A stretch of DNA of 64,000 nt from a virus, in the IMG/VR virus record IMGVR_UViG_3300015202_000004, positions 115,943 to 179,942 of that record. One strand, 5' to 3'. Both the position numbers and the translations under genes were made by a program. The notes beneath the pieces were generated by a model. It worked only from the letters and a program-made list of their open reading frames with translations, did no database searches and had not been told where the DNA came from. Positions 9,589-16,714 of this stretch are shown piece after piece (the stretch's first letter is position 1; every line of letters begins with the position of its first letter).

Positions 9589-9918
9589 TTACGCCTCTTT
9601 CGTTTCGATTTGTTCAATGGCTAGTTGGTTATCTATCCAATCTTTAATATGGTCACCGTGGCATTTTTTTGGCTTACAGTAGCATAATAATACTAAGTTT
9701 CCATCACGAGCTATATGCAAAAATCTAACTAGTTCTTCATAAATATCATTTTTAGCTTCGATTTGTTCGTACATCCAAACCTGATATTTTTCTATTACTT
9801 CGTCCCTTGTTCCGTCAATTCCAACTATAAAGTGGTTGCCCAAAACATAGGGTCGGCTTATGTATTCGCCAAACTTTGTCTTTCTTTGATTCGCTACAAT
9901 TACCATAAGTAAGGACAT
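9589..9918 (-). CDS. DUF4326-family protein
   Basis: YISRP..LGNHF..G.DGTRDEVIEKY...LLCYCKPKKCHGD. Confidence 0.85.
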   Translation of the reverse strand: MSLLMVIVANQRKTKFGEYISRPYVLGNHFIVGIDGTRDEVIEKYQVWMYEQIEAKNDIYEELVRFLHIARDGNLVLLCYCKPKKCHGDHIKDWIDNQLAIEQIETKEA

Positions 9919-9950
9919 TATAGTATGCCACTTGACAAATCAGCTTTAAT

Positions 9951-10334
9951 ATGTTTGAATTAATCATGTTTATTTTAGTCGTAGATGACCTACGACTATT
10001 TGGCGATACTTTTCATGGTATGCCAATTAAGTACGCGGTCACAAGTAAAGAGGCCCTTGACATTTTGGAATCTGAATTCCATGATGTTGCCGAAGTGTGG
10101 CTTGACCATGACTTAGGAATGTTTGGTGAAATAGCCGATGAAGTTACTCCAGTCATTTATTGGCTGGAAGAAAAAGGCCATAACGAACAGGCAAACCATG
10201 TTTATTGCATTCGTGTTTTGACAAGTAACCCAGTAGGTGCCCAGAAAATAGCTATGCTTTCGCGTTACTATTTTATAGGTGCTACAGTCACGCATCACAA
10301 GCTACGAAACGAAGAGGAAGAAGCGGTTAATTAG
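9951..10334 (+). CDS. cyclic-phosphate-processing receiver-domain protein
   Basis: VVDDLR, WLDHDLG, TSNPVG motifs. Confidence 0.8.
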   Translation: MFELIMFILVVDDLRLFGDTFHGMPIKYAVTSKEALDILESEFHDVAEVWLDHDLGMFGEIADEVTPVIYWLEEKGHNEQANHVYCIRVLTSNPVGAQKIAMLSRYYFIGATVTHHKLRNEEEEAVN

Positions 10335-11103
10335 CCGCTTCTTCTATTTTATCAATAACGTTTTGCACAGTTATTAAACTTGGTTGTGCCCTTATAACTC
10401 GTGCATTATCATTGAAGTTCTTTACCCAATTTTGATTTAAGCATTCGGGATACAATAAAATATGAGGTGTACCAATTCCATGCACCAAGTGTGAAATTCC
10501 ATTGTCAATTGTCAATGCCAGTTTCGTTTTAAAAATTAATTCGCATACGTACTCTAACGGCTTATCAAAGATATAATCAACATTATAAAAAATTTGCTTG
10601 TTTTGATTTTTTTCTAAGGCAAACCCAGAAGCTCCTAGAACTGCAATTTTTACATCTTTATCCTTAGATTTCAAATAGTTTATAACATCTTGCCAATTTG
10701 AATATGCCCATAACTTTTCGTCCGATAAATCGCTCCAAGAATATGGAGCGATTATATAGTCGTAAACGGGAATATTTTTATTTGTTTTTTCCCAAATGAT
10801 ATTCGGTTTCGTTAGAGTTGGCACGTTTAATTTGGCTTGAAGAAAATATCCTTGAGTCATGTGTAAACCAAGGCTTTGTCCTTCATTAAAGAAATCATGT
10901 GGACTAAGTACAATCATATCCGACATAATTTCATCGGTGAAATTAATCCCTTGTATATGCTTGAAAAATATTTTTAAAGCTGGGTTTTCCACTTTTAAAT
11001 TCAAAGAAAGACCTTTATATGAATCTAATAAAGCTAATGCTTCAATGCAATTGATTGCACAAACTGTATCGCCAATTAAAGATGCCTTTAAATAAACGTT
11101 CAT
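10327..11103 (-). CDS. glycosyltransferase family 9-like
   Basis: IGDT N-terminus, K-W---W, IDNGISHL motif. Confidence 0.75.
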   Translation of the reverse strand: MNVYLKASLIGDTVCAINCIEALALLDSYKGLSLNLKVENPALKIFFKHIQGINFTDEIMSDMIVLSPHDFFNEGQSLGLHMTQGYFLQAKLNVPTLTKPNIIWEKTNKNIPVYDYIIAPYSWSDLSDEKLWAYSNWQDVINYLKSKDKDVKIAVLGASGFALEKNQNKQIFYNVDYIFDKPLEYVCELIFKTKLALTIDNGISHLVHGIGTPHILLYPECLNQNWVKNFNDNARVIRAQPSLITVQNVIDKIEEAAN

Positions 11104-11106
11104 ATA

Positions 11107-11574
11107 TTAAAGCAATTTGGAAATCTTTGAAATCACACTATCTAAATTATCTACCTGAACTGCACCGTAACGTTTGCAAACAATGTCAACGTTGCCTTTT
11201 TTCCAGAATCCTTCTGGACAAACTACAACCATTTTATCTGATTTAACAAATAAACCAAGCTCTAATAAGGAAATCGGGGATTTGGTTGAAGGGTCGAAAT
11301 ACATGATAATTAAATCAGCTAATTCTTGTGCATCTAGTTCCCATTCAACCTGCTCTTTGAACTGTGCATTATCAATAGATTCTTTCCAAGAATCATCCCA
11401 GTCTTTTCTTCTTGGATTTAACAAATAAACATCATTATTATCAAGAGATTTTGCCAATTTGGTTTGCCAGTCTACCGCTTTACCTTGTTCAATGCTTCCA
11501 GCTAAAAATATCGACAGTTTTTTATTTTTCTTTACTATATCTAAAGAATTTGGTGCTTCGATTACAGTTGCCAT
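11107..11574 (-). CDS. nucleoside 2-deoxyribosyltransferase-like protein
   Basis: IFLAGSI, NPRR, QVEWE, SPISLLELG. Confidence 0.9.
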   Translation of the reverse strand: MATVIEAPNSLDIVKKNKKLSIFLAGSIEQGKAVDWQTKLAKSLDNNDVYLLNPRRKDWDDSWKESIDNAQFKEQVEWELDAQELADLIIMYFDPSTKSPISLLELGLFVKSDKMVVVCPEGFWKKGNVDIVCKRYGAVQVDNLDSVISKISKLL

Positions 11575-11627
11575 TTAAATTAACCCCATAAATAATTGGT
11601 AACGAAGTGAATTGGCTCTTTTGTGAG

Positions 11628-11681
11628 TTACCAATTATGACAACCACCGCAACGCACTTCGCATTTTTCAATTTCTTTTAA
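11628..11681 (-). pseudogene. HNH endonuclease C-terminal remnant
   Basis: Translates LKEIEKCEVRCGGCHNW with no start codon. Confidence 0.45.
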
Positions 11682-11687
11682 GTATAT

Positions 11688-12329
11688 TTAGGTCCTAATC
11701 AATTCGTTGTCTTTGATATCTAGCAAAATGCGTCGTTCATTTATTTCTGTTAGCTTGAAGAAAATTTGCATCATTTGCTTAACGTCGCCAACGGCTCCGT
11801 GTGCGCGTTCGTTAGGAATGTTCAAAAGCTTACCAAGGTTATCTTGACTGATGTGTTTTAGATTCGGCATCGTGGCACGAACTAAACCCTTCATTTCATC
11901 TGTTCTACGGAACATCCATTTTGTATACTTCTCAAGCTCTGGAACATGCTTGTCAAAAGCATACTGAAAGAACCAAGTGTCGAATCCAAAATTATTACCA
12001 ATTACTGTCGCTTTTGCATTTGGATTATAAAGCTGCATGTGCTTATCCATAAAAGCAATGAATTCAATCAGAACATCTTTAATAGGGCGTTGGGCCGCGA
12101 TGAATTCTCGTGTAAGCCCATTAATTTTTAATGCCGTCTCTTCGTACACTACGTCTCCTGGATTACAATGCTCAGAAAAAGAAGCCTTCTGATTTCCCTC
12201 TGCATCATACACTATTGCCGCGATATCTACAATGCCATTTAACCAAGGCTTTACACCAGTGGTTTCAGTATCGACGCCAACGAAAGTTGTGTAATAAGGT
12301 TTAATTATTTCTCTGCTAATTATACTCAT
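11688..12329 (-). CDS. DEDDh 3-5 exonuclease (DnaQ-like)
   Basis: DTETTG, NFGFD, HGAVGD motifs. Confidence 0.92.
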   Translation of the reverse strand: MSIISREIIKPYYTTFVGVDTETTGVKPWLNGIVDIAAIVYDAEGNQKASFSEHCNPGDVVYEETALKINGLTREFIAAQRPIKDVLIEFIAFMDKHMQLYNPNAKATVIGNNFGFDTWFFQYAFDKHVPELEKYTKWMFRRTDEMKGLVRATMPNLKHISQDNLGKLLNIPNERAHGAVGDVKQMMQIFFKLTEINERRILLDIKDNELIRT

Positions 12330-12411
12330 AGTTCTCTCTTCATAAAAAAAGGATGCTCCATAATGATAGTATGTTTGCATCTTTTTTGCTCACTTATGAA
12401 GCTAAGTTAAT

Positions 12412-12687
12412 TTATTCACCGTATTCATCCGCAGTTACATAATAAAATTTCTTGCTAGGTACTTGAATGACGATTAGGGTTCCATTTGGATTTTCTTGTA
12501 TATGAACTAAAACTTTATCAGGAATATCTTTTAAATCAGATATATTATGATAAGGGAAATTATAAACTTTAGCTTGTGTTGCTTCGCCTAAAAGTTCACG
12601 ATTTTGCCACAAATATGAATTGAAAACATTCATATCGTTTTCGCGCTTATCATGGTCGCTTTGTCTAAAATCTTTGTCGTTATGCAT
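12412..12687 (-). CDS. hypothetical protein
   Basis: 91-aa ORF with GAGG RBS. Confidence 0.65.
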   Translation of the reverse strand: MHNDKDFRQSDHDKRENDMNVFNSYLWQNRELLGEATQAKVYNFPYHNISDLKDIPDKVLVHIQENPNGTLIVIQVPSKKFYYVTADEYGE

Positions 12688-12802
12688 AAAATTTTAACCT
12701 CGTTTTTTTGTTACATATTTAATTTAATTTGTTAAAGTTTTAAAAATTTTGGGCGTATCAAATAACGCAATAAGAAAACACATTAAAATAAGAGAAAAAA
12801 TT

Positions 12803-12888
12803 CATGGGAAGCAGGATTCGAACCCGCGAGAGGCTTGCGCCGTGCCGCTTTTGGAGAGCGGTGCCATCGACCACTAGGCTATTCCCAT
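12803..12888 (-). tRNA. tRNA with CCA (Trp) anticodon and long variable arm
   Basis: CCGCT-CTCCAAA-AGCGG; 17-nt V-arm containing GGC-GCAA-GCC; G73. Confidence 0.8.
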
Positions 12889-12898
12889 ATATAATTGA

Positions 12899-12969
12899 CG
12901 GGCTCTGGACGAATCGAACGCCCACCAAACAGGTTGGAACTGTTCATGCTACCATTACACTAAGAACCC
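12899..12969 (-). tRNA. tRNA-Trp(CCA)
   Basis: AACAG-TTCCAAC-CTGTT; G73; short V-loop. Confidence 0.88.
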
Positions 12970-13158
12970 ATAAAAAAACGAGGACATTTACCATGTACTC
13001 GCAAGAAGAATATTAAACTAACTCTTTAGCAATCTTCGTCGCATTCTTGCGAAGGCATATGGAAATCGCGCGGAAGAGGTTCTTCTTGCTTGTGTTCTCG
13101 CCAGCTTTCAGCTAGTTCCATGATAAAAGTCGTTTCCATTTCTATACCTTGTTAAAAT

Positions 13159-13250
13159 TGGAGGAGAAGGCGAGATTCGAACTCGCGGGACCGACTAAGG
13201 TCCGTCTCTTTAGCAAAGAGGTGCAATAAACCAGGCTCTACCACTTCTCC
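13159..13250 (-). tRNA. tRNA-Ser(GCT)
   Basis: Loop TTGCTAA; long V-arm; CCA encoded. Confidence 0.92.
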
Positions 13251-13363
13251 ATAAAGAAATCGCATTGGTACTCCAGACGATTCCTGGACTCTTTCTACAA
13301 CTAGGTAGATGAGTTACTAGTATTATATGCTATTTGTTTTGATTTGTCAAGTATTGAAGAAAT

Positions 13364-13810
13364 TTAATTCATTAACGGTTTGATTTTGGAATAAAATTCT
13401 TCGATAATGAAATTTATTTTACCTGTTGATTCCCAAAAATTGATTTGGGTTTGTCCATATTTTAGGGCAAGCTTTTCAACAATTAAGTTTTTGATTTTCT
13501 TAAAGAAAGGGTCAGAGAACTTAAGTTGCATAGCCGACTTTTCTTCATTATAGCGGCTAATCTCTTCTTCATCTTTGGGTTCATGGCACCAATGACCGTA
13601 TGCTCTGGCGACTTCTTTATGTTGACAAAAAGAATTTAAACCGTTTGCTTTTCGAACGGCAACGACTTCTTCATTTGTGTAACGTTGGCTGCCTGTTTTA
13701 CCCAACACTTTATAATGTCCAAAAATTTTAAATACTTCGACGTTATTAATATACAAAATAATGCTTCGATGGCTTACAGTTTGGGCTGTCTCAGGGGCAA
13801 TTGTAATCAC
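13364..13810 (-). CDS. hypothetical protein
   Basis: 148-aa ORF, GTG start with AAGGA RBS. Confidence 0.65.
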   Translation of the reverse strand: MITIAPETAQTVSHRSIILYINNVEVFKIFGHYKVLGKTGSQRYTNEEVVAVRKANGLNSFCQHKEVARAYGHWCHEPKDEEEISRYNEEKSAMQLKFSDPFFKKIKNLIVEKLALKYGQTQINFWESTGKINFIIEEFYSKIKPLMN

Positions 13811-13836
13811 TTATGAAATCCTTTTAGTTAGAAATT

Positions 13837-13910
13837 TGCCCCGACTGGGAATCGAACCCAGACTCACAAGTTTTTAGAGAACTCGGTTCTAACCGTTGAA
13901 CTATCGAGGC
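13837..13910 (-). tRNA. amber suppressor tRNA (anticodon CTA)
   Basis: Acceptor GCCTCGA/TCGGGGC+A; D arm GTTC/GAAC; GAGTT-CTCTAAA-AACTT; CTGGG-TTCGATT-CCCAG. Confidence 0.88.
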
Positions 13911-13917
13911 ATATTTG

Positions 13918-13991
13918 TTCCCCGTGCGTTGCATTACACTCCGCAAATCGCCTGTTTTTCACAGGGTGCCTCTTATACGGCTGACAGGGAA
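13918..13991 (-). ncRNA. tRNA-like cloverleaf with non-canonical T arm
   Basis: 8-bp closing stem TTCCCTGT/ACGGGGAA; arms GCC/GGC, CCTGT/ACAGG, GCG/CGC; no TTCGA. Confidence 0.5.
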
Positions 13992-13996
13992 TTTGA

Positions 13997-14584
13997 TTAC
14001 TTAAGATACTGTATCATTTTTTTGCCCAATTTGTCAAGCTTTTTCCACTTGATTTTGAAGCTAGTCGATTCGATGCCGCCGAACATTTGTGCATTAGAAT
14101 GGATTTCGCAAAGGGCCGTCAACAGAAGAGAAGCTGCCTCTTTTCGTTTCGCAAATTCTTCAATATCCTCACTTTTCAGTGTATGACAGTCCATGTCCAT
14201 TCGGATAAGATTTGCAATAAGATTTGAGTCTTCTGATTCATCCGAACATTCTTTCCATCGAAGGTAAGAAGCTTCGGCATGGTTTGGAAAATGCTGCTTG
14301 CCTTCTTCATCAATTGTTCGACAGAACGGTTTACCACAATCATGGTAGATTTGGTAAATCTGGAGGATATTGAAAGGCAGAAGGTTAGCTTTGATTTTTG
14401 GGTCTTGAATCCAATCAGACAACCTCCATTCTTTTGAGAGAGGTGCGTCGGGTTCGGTTAAATACCCATATAAGTCATCGAACCATTCAAACACGCTTTG
14501 CCCGTGTTGGAACATATTCATGTCTTCAAATTGAAAACACGTTAGCATTGGTTCTCTAAGTTTTGTAAAATCAGCCTACAACAT
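13997..14584 (-). CDS. HD-domain phosphohydrolase, possibly with in-frame TAG at codon 3
   Basis: H...YHDCGK...HFPNH motifs; in-frame ATG-TTG-TAG lies 36 nt upstream of the track start at 14548. Confidence 0.75.
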
Positions 14585-14885
14585 TATATTCTTCTTTCTT
14601 ATATTTTCTTAAAAAGACATTTTCGCCGATAACATTTGAATCTAGTGTATAAGCATTGCCAAATCCTGTAATCCAAAATTCTTCATCTTTAGAATTTTCT
14701 TCAATAGAAAATGGCATAATGCAAATTTCAAACATATCATTTTTTTGTAAAGTGGTAATTTCCCTTAAACTATCACAAGAAAAAGTTATTTTTTCAATTT
14801 GAATATCACCATTGTCTAACATAGAAACCTCTTTGCATAGCGCAACAGGTTTATGTTTTAAAAATAATACAATCTGATTATTCAC
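14571..14885 (-). CDS. hypothetical protein
   Basis: 104-aa ORF overlapping both neighbours. Confidence 0.6.
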   Translation of the reverse strand: MNNQIVLFLKHKPVALCKEVSMLDNGDIQIEKITFSCDSLREITTLQKNDMFEICIMPFSIEENSKDEEFWITGFGNAYTLDSNVIGENVFLRKYKKEEYNVVG

Positions 14886-15231
14886 ATTTATTCTCCCATT
14901 GTTGTTTTTCTTGCCATAGCATTTCGTATTGCTTTAAATGTTCGCGTTTCGAGCGACTTGTGAGATATTCGGTTGCAATAGCCGTTAGTCCTCTATCGTA
15001 ATCAGGTTCAGCCCATGGCTCAACCTTGATGCCATTCATAAGCAAGTGTTCCATTGCTTTGAAAAGTTCGGCTTTATTTTTCACCTGAAGATAAATCAAG
15101 TGATTTTGCGTCGGGGTTTCACCAAAGCGCTTACCTGCTTCTTGAGCGGCATGGCCTGCTTGCACGGCTTGATGAATTTCGGGCATATCAGTACGCACAA
15201 TTACGTAACTGTAAATAGTTTCTTCTTTCAT
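14878..15231 (-). CDS. peptidyl-tRNA hydrolase 2 (Pth2)-like protein
   Basis: YVIVRTDM...QAVQAGHAA...L-V....EL...EPD...LTAIA; GAGG RBS before MKEET. Confidence 0.82.
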   Translation of the reverse strand: MKEETIYSYVIVRTDMPEIHQAVQAGHAAQEAGKRFGETPTQNHLIYLQVKNKAELFKAMEHLLMNGIKVEPWAEPDYDRGLTAIATEYLTSRSKREHLKQYEMLWQEKQQWENKCE

Positions 15232-15284
15232 TTCTTCCTCTTTTTGTTCATTAGTGCTTATGTGGGTAGGCAAAAAGAAGAAGT

Positions 15285-15311
15285 TTAAGGACCGCGATTC
15301 TAAGAACGCAT
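15285..15311 (-). promoter_or_regulatory. putative amber-containing leader minigene M-R-S-(TAG)-N-R-G-P-(TAA)
   Basis: ATG CGT TCT TAG AAT CGC GGT CCT TAA upstream of the Pth2-like gene. Confidence 0.35.
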
Positions 15312-15357
15312 TTGATTCACTTTCTTTTGATGTTTTCATATTTTTTCATATTTAAAA

Positions 15358-15445
15358 TGGAGGAGAGTCAGGGATTCGAACCCTGGGTCCCTTGCAGGAC
15401 TTTAGTTTTCAAGACTAACGCAATCGGCCACTCTGCCAACTCTCC
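15358..15445 (-). tRNA. tRNA-Ser(TGA)
   Basis: TTAGT-CTTGAAA-ACTAA; long V-arm; CCA encoded. Confidence 0.93.
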
Positions 15446-15448
15446 AAA

Positions 15449-15637
15449 TTAGATTAAGACTTCAATACCAACGATATTACCGTCTTTATCTTTGTCAATA
15501 TTACACATGTAAGAAGAACTTGTTTCTTTTACAAATTCACCTACGGGCAATTCTTTAATTCGGAAATAAAACGCCTCTACGTTAGAAGCGTCAATTTTTT
15601 CCCGAGTCATTGACACGACGACTTTTTCTGTATTCAC
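15449..15637 (-). CDS. DUF2283-like small protein
   Basis: AFYFRI...[16 protein letters not shown]. Confidence 0.6.
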   Translation of the reverse strand: MNTEKVVVSMTREKIDASNVEAFYFRIKELPVGEFVKETSSSYMCNIDKDKDGNIVGIEVLI

Positions 15638-15672
15638 AATATTATTATACTACTTTCTTCTATTCTTGTCAA

Positions 15673-15921
15673 CTAAAAACTATGGCGTTCTTTCAAGTCC
15701 ATAATATCTAAATGATTACGAACGTTCTTAGGCGTCATAATATTAGCGTGACCTTCAAAAGATTCTATGGTGATGCCAGTATCTTCAACAGCCGTTTGAA
15801 TTTTGCTTATGATAGCTGCATACCAAGCGCCCGTGCGAGGAACCATTTTCATTGCTTGAATTAGGTTAGCGATTTCGTATTCATTCAACTCGATGTGTAT
15901 TTCCATAGCACATCCCTCCAT
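15673..15921 (-). CDS. hypothetical protein
   Basis: 82-aa ORF with GGAGG. Confidence 0.6.
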   Translation of the reverse strand: MEGCAMEIHIELNEYEIANLIQAMKMVPRTGAWYAAIISKIQTAVEDTGITIESFEGHANIMTPKNVRNHLDIMDLKERHSF

Positions 15922-16189
15922 AGTTTAAAGTTGTAACACTATAAAGTAGATGTTTATGATATAAAAATATCACATTAACGTTTTACTTTCAAGTTCAAAA
16001 ATATCGTGATTAATTTAAATATTACTAACGGAAAGAACAAAATTGACAAAAGCAGATGCCAAACCACTCTTGGATGTGTAACTAAATTATATAAAGATTC
16101 ATGAACCCTAATGTCACCACTTGACGATGTAGTCAACTCAAGTGGACCAAATGCAAAACTTAAAAAAATCAAACAAATTAAAATCGCAA

Positions 16190-16714
16190 TCATTTCATAA
16201 CCTTTACACAATCGCGAACTTCCATAAGAACTTCGCCGAGCCAATTTGTACCACGCCAGTTTGCCGGATTATTTACACGGGGGTCATTTACCGCTAATTT
16301 AACACCCCAAATAGCATCGTAAGGCGAAGCTTCAACAAGGTGCTTATCTCCCGTAGAGATAATGTATTTACGTAGTTTTTCATCAGATGTGAATTTTGAT
16401 AAATTAACATTGAAAACAATATCTTTGGCAACATTGTTCCACGTTTCAACATCAAAGTTCTTTACAGTTTTACCCAAAGCTTTTTGCCCCGAAGGGTTCG
16501 ATTCGCGCATGATTTTATCAAACGCTTCCTCGTCATTAAAGAATAAAGCTTTACCAGCCATCATTCCTTGTTCAGCACAATTTAGTGCCAATTGTTTTCC
16601 AAATAACTCAGCACTAAAATTACCAGTCTGATACCACTGGGAAAACACGCCTCCGTAGAAGAAGACGTATTTTTCAGTGATTCTTTGGGAATCCAATATT
16701 AACCCTTCACGCAA
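16190..16714 (-). CDS. NADAR (YbiA-like) family protein
   Basis: FSQWY, AEQGMMAGKA, KALGKTV, LVEASPYDAIWG, GTNWLG. Confidence 0.93.
   Translation of the reverse strand: MREGLILDSQRITEKYVFFYGGVFSQWYQTGNFSAELFGKQLALNCAEQGMMAGKALFFNDEEAFDKIMRESNPSGQKALGKTVKNFDVETWNNVAKDIVFNVNLSKFTSDEKLRKYIISTGDKHLVEASPYDAIWGVKLAVNDPRVNNPANWRGTNWLGEVLMEVRDCVKVMK

Noticed and set aside
13837-13910. Pyrrolysine tRNA
   Set aside because: It has a normal D-loop with GG, a TTCGA T-loop and a normal-length variable loop, and no pyl genes are visible
15232-15339. N-terminal 36-aa extension of the Pth2-like ORF given in the track
   Set aside because: A better RBS precedes the ATG at 15231, and the extension reads through a pyrimidine tract that looks non-coding
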